IMG/VR virus record: IMGVR_UViG_3300018475_000095
From: a virus
Lineage: Duplodnaviria > Heunggongvirae > Uroviricota > Caudoviricetes
DNA: 64,000 nucleotides
Reading direction: 5' to 3' (one strand)
Shown one piece after another: positions 52,905-61,123 of the stretch (its first letter is position 1; each line of letters begins with the position of its first letter). A program made the translations under genes and the position numbers. Below the pieces are notes generated by a model. That model saw only the letters and a program-made list of their open reading frames with translations, was not told the origin of the DNA and searched no databases.

Positions 52905-53044
52905 AATAATACCCATGTTTCATATATTACTAAGCTAGGTGCATATACTAACCAAAAATTTAATGGTGTAGTCATTGTAAATGCAATTGCTGTCATTGCT
53001 ATTAAAAATAAAATTCTGAATATTTTGTGTTTTAATTTAGTCAT
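52880..53044 (-). CDS. 54-aa two-TM protein (below track cutoff)
   Basis: ATG 53044; MTKLKHKIFRILFLIAMTAIAFTMTTPLNFWLVYAPSLVIYETWVLLCLKKYGA; TAA 52880. Confidence 0.5.
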   Translation of the reverse strand: MTKLKHKIFRILFLIAMTAIAFTMTTPLNFWLVYAPSLVIYETWVLLCLKKYGA

Positions 53045-53064
53045 CTTAAAATTGTCCTTTTAAA

Positions 53065-54099
53065 TTATTCTACTACTGCAACTGTATCACTTATCGTTGC
53101 TTGTGCTGTTGTCAATTGTATTATTTCAATTCCAGTTGATGTTGCTACTGTAAATTCAAAATAATTTCCCATATTATAATCAAAATATAATATAGTGCCT
53201 AAGAATGTACTATTTTCACTATATACATAACCACTCAATGGGTAATCAACTGCCCCTGTTATCATATTTATTAATTGTCCATAAGTAGTTACTAAAACAT
53301 TACTTCTATTTAAACCAACTACTCTAGCATTTATTTGTTGGCCAGAATCATTTGTGCCATTTATTGAGACATTATGCTTATATAAAGCAGCCTCTGCTTT
53401 TGTTGCAACTTGTTGACCATTTTGGTAGATAGTTTTACCATATATATTATTCCAAGGTAAAGCGGAAGTACCTAAATCAGCTGTACTTGTATTTGCTCTA
53501 ATAGAACTAGCTTGAAGAATTATTTGGTCTGTTGCTTTATTTAAATGCACACCCTGATTACTATTAGATAAAGTTATATTTCCCATCTGGAATGAGAATC
53601 TAGCAGTATCTTCATCCCCATTTTCATCTGTTATTGTACTTTCCCAATTCCATCCATCTTCAGTGAATACTTGAAAAGTATCACAATCTAAACTTAAGTC
53701 AGTAGCTCCTTCACCTATATGCAATGGTTTATTACTTTTTAAATATGCTACATCTGATACCGAATCAACGCTAAAGGTTAATTGACCACTATCTGAAACT
53801 AATGAGGAACTCCCTGTAGCACCAATACTACTTGAAATATCTATCCAGTTAGAGCTTGTTGTATCTTTATTAAATTTATATATATGTCCTTGCAAGTAGG
53901 TGCCAGAATCTTTACATATAAACACATCTCCTGTCTTGTATAAACTAGATTCTATGGTTGTAGCTAATTCCATATCCGCATTAGAGATACTATAATTAGG
54001 TAAATCTATTATAAAATATTTTTTACTTGAATCAATAGAAGATAAAGCTAAATATTGAGCTTTTGTACCATACCAATCTGCTTTATTAAGAACTTTCAT
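53065..54099 (-). CDS. Tail fibre protein with adaptor module and DLG...PWNNIYGK repeat
   Basis: KDSGTYLQGHIYKF...WIDIS module; TADLGTSALPWNNIYGKTIYQNGQQV fibre motif. Confidence 0.6.
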   Translation of the reverse strand: MKVLNKADWYGTKAQYLALSSIDSSKKYFIIDLPNYSISNADMELATTIESSLYKTGDVFICKDSGTYLQGHIYKFNKDTTSSNWIDISSSIGATGSSSLVSDSGQLTFSVDSVSDVAYLKSNKPLHIGEGATDLSLDCDTFQVFTEDGWNWESTITDENGDEDTARFSFQMGNITLSNSNQGVHLNKATDQIILQASSIRANTSTADLGTSALPWNNIYGKTIYQNGQQVATKAEAALYKHNVSINGTNDSGQQINARVVGLNRSNVLVTTYGQLINMITGAVDYPLSGYVYSENSTFLGTILYFDYNMGNYFEFTVATSTGIEIIQLTTAQATISDTVAVVE

Positions 54100-54102
54100 T
54101 TA

Positions 54103-54351
54103 CTACTCCTTAATTTCTTCGAATATGTCGTCAAAGCCTTCTTTCTCAATTTTAGTTTCTAGAGAGAAGTTAGGTTTGAATCCATAACCCATAAACATAT
54201 TATTAACGTATTCGTTACTCAAGTACCACTTATTGTTTGTATAAATAAAAGTACCCTCATTATCAATTAATGTTAATTCATTACCATTTGCTAATATATT
54301 ATTAGATATATTTTTAAAAGGTATTTTTATTTCGTCTTTTACCTTGAACAT
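54103..54351 (-). CDS. 82-aa hypothetical protein overlapping 3' end of DGR RT
   Basis: ATG 54351 after AAGGAG; overlaps RT by 38 nt. Confidence 0.5.
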   Translation of the reverse strand: MFKVKDEIKIPFKNISNNILANGNELTLIDNEGTFIYTNNKWYLSNEYVNNMFMGYGFKPNFSLETKIEKEGFDDIFEEIKE

Positions 54352-55327
54352 GTATATACTCCTTTATATAACCTTCAAATGAACCTTTATAATTGGTGTA
54401 TTGGTTGCTATTTATCCCATATTTTGATCTAAGGTATTTCTCTTTTCTAAATAAGTTCTTTCGAGTTTTATATGAATTTTTATTTGTTATTTTACCATTA
54501 GATTGTAAACGGAATTGAATTTTTAACCAAGTAAATTGTTTTAATTTACTGATAGTTGTCTTATTTTTATTTATAATTATTTTTAATTTATTACAAACTT
54601 CGTATATTACTCGCAGACAGTTTTTTAATTCTTCTTTACTACTGCATATCAGATAACAATCATCTACATATCTACCATAAAATTTAATATGTAATTTTTC
54701 TTTGATTAAATGATCTAACTCATTAACATAGAACAAAGAATTTATCTGCGAAATTTCGCTTCCTAATGCTATTCCTTTCTCTCTACTGGCTTTCTCTATA
54801 AAATGTTTATACAGATTATATATCTTATCGTCTTTTATATAATTTCTTGCTTTACTTAATAGAATATTATGATCTATATTATCAAAATATTTGCTAAAAT
54901 CTATCTTTAATATATAACCTTCATTAGTATGATATCTTTTATAGTATTTATTTAAATGTACAAATAATCTATCTAAAGTAAATATATAGCCTTTACCATT
55001 TATTGTAGCTCCATTATCATATATTAAGGATCTTCCGAGTAGATTGTTTAAGTAATATCTACATAAGCATTTTTGTACAATTCTTTCACTAATATGTGCA
55101 GCTTTTATATTTCTAGTTCTTCCTCTGCAGCTTTTAGTGAATTCAAAGTATCCAGGTGATTTGTAACTCCCAGCATGCAATTGTCTAAATATTCTATTTA
55201 CTAATCTATGCTTTTGAATTTCAAAATTTTGGATGCTTTGCTTTCATCTAACATTTCTAAAGCATAGATTAGCACAAACCAATAAATTTTTATATGTAAA
55301 AACTTCTTTAAAAGTTTTATTTTTCAA
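54314..55327 (-). CDS. DGR reverse transcriptase, 337 aa; in-frame TGA (Trp) at 55244
   Basis: TTG start 5 nt after AGGAGA; NVR*KQSIQ; AAHISERIVQK, YDNGA..GKG, LKIDFSKYFDNIDH, LGSEISQ, YGRYVDD motifs. Confidence 0.93.
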
Positions 55328-55481
55328 TATAATCTCCTATGTAATATTAGTTACTCCTAATCTTGAGTAAAATATATTAGGAGGTTTTTATTTTTAGCTT
55401 TTAATTGCTATGGAAGTGCGGTTCCTTTTATTAATTTAGCCGGTTTCAATAAATATCTACTATGTCTGGCATTATTTAAGT

Positions 55482-55588
55482 AAAATCAGAGAGGAACATA
55501 ATTACTATTCGTCATATTGTTGTTGTTCGAATAACCATTGTTGTTCCAATTACAGAAATTGTTCGAAGAAGAGTTAACGTAAGGGTAT
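55482..55588 (-). repeat. DGR template repeat (TR), 107 bp
   Basis: Aligns gaplessly to 56072..56178 (offset 590); 13 AAY codons in the VR frame; 16 mismatches, all at TR adenines. Confidence 0.97.
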
Positions 55589-55607
55589 AATCAACCGCAC
55601 ACCAATG

Positions 55608-56003
55608 TTATTTTGAAACTCGTTTCTTATCCGAGTTTATAACACCTTTAATTAATTTTTCTAGGTAGTCAGTTTTTTCAAATATCTTATTAAGCATTCC
55701 ATCTGTGATAGTATTATTATACTCCAATATGCATTCAAATTCAATAGAGAATAAATTTAAAGTGTGTAGAGCTTCTGTCAATAATTCTCTTCGTTTTTCA
55801 AAACTTGTTGTCAAATCACATTGATTAGCAAGTACGCAACATTGCATAACTCTATCTATTAATTTAAATGTTGATTGTAGCCCATAGAAAGTATATTTTT
55901 TAGAGAATTTATTAACAATAGTGCTTGCTACTAATTTTCTAAGCATAACACTTTCATAAACATATTGAGTTTTACTTAATGTTCTCATATACGATGGAAC
56001 CAT
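55608..56003 (-). CDS. avd: Accessory variability determinant (Avd-like four-helix bundle), 131 aa
   Basis: ATG 56003 after AAAGGA; between VR and TR; ANQCDL...KRRELLTEAL..L...LIKGVINSDKKR pattern. Confidence 0.85.
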   Translation of the reverse strand: MVPSYMRTLSKTQYVYESVMLRKLVASTIVNKFSKKYTFYGLQSTFKLIDRVMQCCVLANQCDLTTSFEKRRELLTEALHTLNLFSIEFECILEYNNTITDGMLNKIFEKTDYLEKLIKGVINSDKKRVSK

Positions 56004-56028
56004 GTTAAAATTTCCTTTTATATACTCA

Positions 56029-56050
56029 CTGTTCACCTTTCGGCGAACAG
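56029..56050 (-). other. DGR target-recognition hairpin with GAAA loop downstream of VR/IMH
   Basis: CTGTTCGCC-GAAA-GGTGAACAG, 13 nt past the target stop codon. Confidence 0.85.
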
Positions 56051-56063
56051 ATTATTTAGATTA

Positions 56064-57374
56064 TTAGATTGAAAAGCAGAGAGGAACAGAAAAACTAGTC
56101 GTCATATTGGTGTTGGACGAATAACCATGGATGTACCAAGTACAGAAATAGTTCGAAGAAGAGGGAACGTAAGGGGATCTAAGCCATCTAGCACTACTTG
56201 AGAATCTAAATAATATCTCGTTATAATTCTTAAATGCTTTAAATGTTTCTCCTTCAAGCCAGAATTTAGAGTAATCATCAAATCTCTTAGTGTCACCAAA
56301 TATATTGCTATCACTAGGTAGCCACATATAATCTTGAGTTGTTAATATTAAATCATCTGTGCTCACTGTAACCCCAGCACCACAACCTTGCCATGTTTTG
56401 ATATTTTTTAATCTTGGGCTAACTGTTCCTAATTGTTCTTTTAATGAAGCTAAGAACACACCATCTTCAGCAATTTCTGTTTTCTTGTAATATTTTGTTT
56501 CATTATTGTACTCATCTGGTAATAATACAGGAACAAATGTAGAAGCTTCTATTTCGTATTTATAATATGTACCATTTGTTGAATCAGTAACTGTCCAATC
56601 ATATATGTATTGAGTAGCGCCTGCTGGTAATGAATTTGTTCTTGGTATGCATCCCATCCAAGATATACCATTACTATTTGTTCCAGATGTATTAAACATT
56701 TTATATGTGCTATTGAAATTATAATAACAAAATATTAAGTTATTTTCTTCATCTATATGCACTAAATAAGCTCTGCTATATTCACTTGTTGCTCCTTTAG
56801 CCATAAAATTAGTTTGCATGTATTCAAATCCATCAAATTCAAATACATATTCTCCAAATCCTGCTTCAGAAATTTCCTGCAATTCTTCCCATGTATATTT
56901 TAAAGATTTATAAGTTGGTATGTAATTACCTATTGCAGATTTAGTTACTTCATTATAGTATTTCATAGTGCATTTGTATTGACCAACACCTTGTACATTG
57001 ATACTATTTTGCCATTTTTCTTCAGAATCTCTGGTTGCTTTTATTATATACTCACCATCATCAGTAACTGAAAACGCTACCACATAAGCTTCATCAGCAT
57101 TTGTTAGTGTTTGTAGTAAACTATCATCTTTGTACAAAGTAAAAGTTGTATTAGGTAGGTCTGCTGCTGTAATTATTCTATCCCCAGTTGCTTTTAATTC
57201 CGTAGTATTTATGATAGTTTGACCTGTTATATTGTTTATATTACCAATAATAGCAGGAATACTTGAACTATCTGGAATAGTTATACCTTTTGCTTTTAAA
57301 TTCTTAACGCCATCTTGTCTTGCAGTTTCTAAAATTGATGTAACTTTAAAAAGTTGACTTGCTGTCATTGTCAT
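56064..57374 (-). CDS. DGR target: putative receptor-binding protein with CLec/DUF6273-like C-terminal domain
   Basis: C-terminal VR; MWLPSDSNIFG...RWLRSP...VPLCFSI; start MTMTASQ after GGAGG. Confidence 0.9.
   Translation of the reverse strand: MTMTASQLFKVTSILETARQDGVKNLKAKGITIPDSSSIPAIIGNINNITGQTIINTTELKATGDRIITAADLPNTTFTLYKDDSLLQTLTNADEAYVVAFSVTDDGEYIIKATRDSEEKWQNSINVQGVGQYKCTMKYYNEVTKSAIGNYIPTYKSLKYTWEELQEISEAGFGEYVFEFDGFEYMQTNFMAKGATSEYSRAYLVHIDEENNLIFCYYNFNSTYKMFNTSGTNSNGISWMGCIPRTNSLPAGATQYIYDWTVTDSTNGTYYKYEIEASTFVPVLLPDEYNNETKYYKKTEIAEDGVFLASLKEQLGTVSPRLKNIKTWQGCGAGVTVSTDDLILTTQDYMWLPSDSNIFGDTKRFDDYSKFWLEGETFKAFKNYNEILFRFSSSARWLRSPYVPSSSNYFCTWYIHGYSSNTNMTTSFSVPLCFSI
56072..56178 (-). 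repeat. DGR variable repeat (VR)
   Basis: Encodes SPYVPSSSNYFCTWYIHGYSSNTNMTTSFSVPLCF at the C-terminus of the target. Confidence 0.97.
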
Positions 57375-57375
57375 A

Positions 57376-57600
57376 TTAATTATTTCCTCCAAATGCTAAT
57401 GTAGATAAAATACTGGATAATTCTTCTAAATTTTCTTCTGAATAATCCTGTTCATTTATCGTGTAATTTGTTTTATATAATTTAAAAGTCATATCATAAA
57501 ATTGAACAGCATCTTTAAATGTCATATCTCCCATTGAAACACATGACATAAGATTAAAGGTACTTCCAGAAGATGGACTTTTTACTATAACTTGTCCCAT
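57376..57600 (-). CDS. 74-aa hypothetical protein upstream of DGR target
   Basis: Start MGQVIVK at 57600 after GGAGG; coupled to neighbours. Confidence 0.5.
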   Translation of the reverse strand: MGQVIVKSPSSGSTFNLMSCVSMGDMTFKDAVQFYDMTFKLYKTNYTINEQDYSEENLEELSSILSTLAFGGNN

Positions 57601-57601
57601 T

Positions 57602-58759
57602 TTACACCTCCCAGTCACTTGCTAGGGCATCGTAGATATTATCACAAGTTAGATTTACGGACCCATTTGTTAAGCCAACTGCTTGAATGCTATCCGAGTT
57701 ATTTCTTGTTATAGTTGTGTTGTCTATATTTACAGAAGAACTATTTTCCCAAGTTGGTTCTTGATCTGGGCCGTTACTTGTTAGTACTTGACCAGATGTC
57801 CCTGAATTAACTGGAGCAATACTAGATTGATGTGTACTTATTTCTCCTGTAGCTTCTACTTCTGCTATTGTAAAGTAATTTGGTTGGAATGATAACTCAT
57901 TTGTTAACAAATCTATTTTTCCACCAATTAAATACAATAAATTGGTATTTGTCTTGTAAGTTAATATTGAATCATTTGCTGTTAGATTATTATCTGAGTT
58001 ATAAATAACTCCACTTATCGAATATAATTTATTTACTTCTAAATCATTGTATAAATTAATAGGAGTATCTTCGGTACCATTTAATTGTAGTAAAGCATCT
58101 GGCAAGTCTATCCAGGTTGGTGCAGCACTAGAGCCATTCGATTGCAATACCTGTCCTGTAATACCACTTGAAGTTGGAGCATAGATCATAATATTATTTT
58201 CACCATACTTTCCATTAAACATATTTATTGCGCAACCAGAACCTCCGCTAGTCATATATCCATTCTCATTGATATCAAAATATGATGAACCACCTAAACA
58301 TCGATTAAACCCATTAATAGAATAAATATAATTAAATGAAACTAGACTAGTACTATCTAATCTAAAAATAAATAGAGAATTATCTATAATATAAGTAGGA
58401 TTACTTTGAGAAGATGTCCCTACTATATAACCTTGTACATTATATAATTTATTTATTTCTAGGTTTTTACAATTTACAGGATTTGAACGTGTACCTGTTA
58501 TTACTTCTACCCCACTAATGGTTTTATAACTACCATCATTAGATAAAAATTGAGTACCATCTCCAGATATATCTATAACTTCTACTTTATCTTTATCTTC
58601 TTGAGTAAAATCAATAGTTGAATCTGGTGTTATATATAAAGTAGATGTTGGGTCAAATGTTAAAGTAGAACCATCTTTTAAGGTAAGAGTTCCTGTTGTA
58701 GATAATGTTAAATAATTTTCATTAGATAGTCTTACTATTCCTTTAAAATTTTGAGTCAT
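57602..58759 (-). CDS. Tail fibre protein with tandem GTSGQVL.SNG...PTW repeats
   Basis: SGITGQVLQSNGSSAAPTW and SGTSGQVLTSNGPDQEPTW; GDGTQFLSNDGSYK; IDNTTITRN..IQAVG; start MTQNFKG after AAGGAG. Confidence 0.75.
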   Translation of the reverse strand: MTQNFKGIVRLSNENYLTLSTTGTLTLKDGSTLTFDPTSTLYITPDSTIDFTQEDKDKVEVIDISGDGTQFLSNDGSYKTISGVEVITGTRSNPVNCKNLEINKLYNVQGYIVGTSSQSNPTYIIDNSLFIFRLDSTSLVSFNYIYSINGFNRCLGGSSYFDINENGYMTSGGSGCAINMFNGKYGENNIMIYAPTSSGITGQVLQSNGSSAAPTWIDLPDALLQLNGTEDTPINLYNDLEVNKLYSISGVIYNSDNNLTANDSILTYKTNTNLLYLIGGKIDLLTNELSFQPNYFTIAEVEATGEISTHQSSIAPVNSGTSGQVLTSNGPDQEPTWENSSSVNIDNTTITRNNSDSIQAVGLTNGSVNLTCDNIYDALASDWEV

Positions 58760-58770
58760 TATTTTCTCCT

Positions 58771-58784
58771 TAATAAATTTAGCA
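58771..58784 (-). promoter_or_regulatory. Putative late promoter motif TGCTAAATTTATTA (copy 3)
   Basis: Exact copy abutting the RBS of ATG 58759. Confidence 0.55.
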
Positions 58785-58791
58785 GATATCT

Positions 58792-59304
58792 CTAACAACT
58801 AAGTATACTTAACCCATAATTTCTATCACTACTTGATAATGCAAGTTCATTAAAATCACAACCAATAGCATATTTTTCACTTACTACATGTTGATAATTA
58901 AGTGATAATCCATAAATGTTATTTTCTGCTATTTCAAATGACCCTACTGCATCAATAGTTTCAAAAGGGCACTGTATTCTTGAATTTGAAATACCTATTA
59001 CTTTACAAGGAAGATATGTTCTTTGAGTATCATTTAATAATTGTAAATTAATGTTATAAGGCTCTATTTCCATTACATTTGGGTCATATCCGTATGATGG
59101 CACACTTGCACCTAATGTATACCCAATATATTTTAAAGTAAAACTTACGGATTTGTTTTCATTAAATTTTGTTTGTAATAAATTATATATTTCTGGAATA
59201 GTTGAAGTATCAGTTTTTAATATATCTATTTTTGAGCTTAAAGGTATACTAACACCATCTACTTCAAACTCGCTTATTGGTGTTGTCGTGTCTAAATTAC
59301 TCAT
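58792..59304 (-). CDS. Hypothetical fibre-cluster protein
   Basis: N-terminal EVDGVSIPL resembles TVDGVTMEL of the neighbouring gene. Confidence 0.45.
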   Translation of the reverse strand: MSNLDTTTPISEFEVDGVSIPLSSKIDILKTDTSTIPEIYNLLQTKFNENKSVSFTLKYIGYTLGASVPSYGYDPNVMEIEPYNINLQLLNDTQRTYLPCKVIGISNSRIQCPFETIDAVGSFEIAENNIYGLSLNYQHVVSEKYAIGCDFNELALSSSDRNYGLSILSC

Positions 59305-59316
59305 TTATTATCTCCC

Positions 59317-60945
59317 TTATATTTTTCCTATATAGTATTTTACTAGTTTTATTGTATTAGTATCAATATTATATTCGAATGTTTTTGGTTGACTACTCTT
59401 TTTACTTGACCATAGATTAACAAGATTATCTTTGATAAAGTATCTATCTAACTGACTACCTGAACTAGTTAATAATCTTTCTATACTATGTTCACTTTCA
59501 TTGTATAGAAATAATGGTGCTGAATATACGCTGTTAGTATTGAATAATATAATATTTTCATTAGGCTTGATTAAATTATCAAATATATTAGTATAAGTTG
59601 ACACCTCTAGCAATACATTAAGTTCTTTAGATGTTTTGTTAAAAAACCAAATCTTTGAACCATTATATTGCTCTATTAATGCACCATTTTTTGTGTTTAA
59701 CCCATACATGTTATACTCATCTGTTAATAGAGGAGTAATAGTATTAGTACTATCATCATATAAAAACAAACCTGTCCCATAATATGAACTTGAATTAGAT
59801 AGCAACAACAAGTCACTTGATACTACATGTCGATTACTGTAACCATATCCATCTTGATATATTTGACTTATAGTATTGTTGGTATTATTATAAAAATAAA
59901 TCCCTTTAACATTTGAAGAACTACTGCTGATTATTGCGTTACCACTTTCTAATACTGTGCAACTATTAAAATTATAACCTTCTTCAAATATTTTATTAAA
60001 AGTCATATCATTCGCTTTATATAAATAAACACCTTGAGTATTTGAGTTTGATCTACTTACTATAAAATCCCCATTTAATAGAGGTTTCACTACTGTGAAC
60101 TCAGTTTGATCTGCATAGTTGGCTGTTAGAAATCTAGTTGTAGTTTTGGTTTCTTTATAATATACTAGCAAACCACCAGCAGCACCTGAAATAGAACTTG
60201 TACCGACTAAATTACCATCAGATAGCGGTGTCCAAGTTAATCTAGCTATCATAGAGTCTAATTCTGTCGCTATTTTTAAATTAAAATCAAACAACCATAA
60301 ACCAATACTTGCAGATGAACTATAAGAGCATAAAGTATCACCATTTTCTAATTCATAAAAATTATTTACTGTATCTGAACCAATATGAGTTAATGTTTTT
60401 GTTTCATTATTATAATAACATAAACCTACATTTTGTAAATTTTGAGAACTAAATAAATAATCTCCATTTTTAAGAGTATGCCCAATATTAATATTATAAT
60501 AACTTGAAGAACCTTCTATTTGAGTTAAGTTTATACCATCAAAATGAAGTAGACCCGTATTTGAAGACTTACTAGATAATAAAACCCCATCTGATACTTC
60601 ATAAAATGAATTCCATTGAGCCTCATTCCTTAATTTAGTAAATTTATCAGTGTCTATATTATAAACCCATAATCCAACATCAGCTGAAGTAGTACTCATC
60701 AATATAGTATTTTTATATATAAATGTAACAATGCCATAACTACCTTCTGATTGGAACTCTTCAGGTAGCTCAACTTCAATCTCCTGACCTTCAGTACCAA
60801 CAAAAGTAGCAACCATTTTTTGAGTACCATCTTCTAAAAGTACACTTTCAAGGTTATAATCACCACCGAGAACTTTAGGTTTAAGCTCCATTGTAACGCC
60901 ATCTACTGTTATCTTTTTAACTTTTTTATTTAAATCTGTTATCAT
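59317..60945 (-). CDS. Beta-propeller-like repeat protein (diverged paralog of 61124..62758)
   Basis: Repeats G(L/I)(Y/W)(L/F)Y....(N/K)TI...; shared GDYN...ELPE.F linker and KYYIGK(I/V) end. Confidence 0.65.
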   Translation of the reverse strand: MITDLNKKVKKITVDGVTMELKPKVLGGDYNLESVLLEDGTQKMVATFVGTEGQEIEVELPEEFQSEGSYGIVTFIYKNTILMSTTSADVGLWVYNIDTDKFTKLRNEAQWNSFYEVSDGVLLSSKSSNTGLLHFDGINLTQIEGSSSYYNINIGHTLKNGDYLFSSQNLQNVGLCYYNNETKTLTHIGSDTVNNFYELENGDTLCSYSSSASIGLWLFDFNLKIATELDSMIARLTWTPLSDGNLVGTSSISGAAGGLLVYYKETKTTTRFLTANYADQTEFTVVKPLLNGDFIVSRSNSNTQGVYLYKANDMTFNKIFEEGYNFNSCTVLESGNAIISSSSSNVKGIYFYNNTNNTISQIYQDGYGYSNRHVVSSDLLLLSNSSSYYGTGLFLYDDSTNTITPLLTDEYNMYGLNTKNGALIEQYNGSKIWFFNKTSKELNVLLEVSTYTNIFDNLIKPNENIILFNTNSVYSAPLFLYNESEHSIERLLTSSGSQLDRYFIKDNLVNLWSSKKSSQPKTFEYNIDTNTIKLVKYYIGKI

Positions 60946-60948
60946 TTA

Positions 60949-61122
60949 CTACTCCATTATTTCTGGTTTTGTATCTGAAAAATGTTCAGTCTCCATATCA
61001 CAATAAATTTTGCCACGCATACCATTATTCTTATACTCAACGAAGTTATAACCCCATTTTTCAACATTTTGATATATTTGTATTATTTCATTTGTTTCGT
61101 TGTTAATTAAATATATTTCCAT
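60949..61122 (-). CDS. 57-aa protein (below track cutoff)
   Basis: ATG 61122 after GGAAGG; MEIYLINNETNEIIQIYQNVEKWGYNFVEYKNNGMRGKIYCDMETEHFSDTKPEIME; TAG 60949. Confidence 0.55.
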   Translation of the reverse strand: MEIYLINNETNEIIQIYQNVEKWGYNFVEYKNNGMRGKIYCDMETEHFSDTKPEIME

Positions 61123-61123
61123 A

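Larger units (their letters stand above)
54314..57374 (-). mobile_element. Diversity-generating retroelement: target(VR)-hairpin-avd-TR-spacer-RT
   Basis: All components present in Bordetella BPP-1 order; TR/VR differ only at TR adenines. Confidence 0.97.

Noticed and set aside
56102-56314. Alternative-frame 70-aa ORF overlapping the VR
   Set aside because: It has no RBS and lies inside the target gene; the TR AAY codon pattern fits only the target frame.
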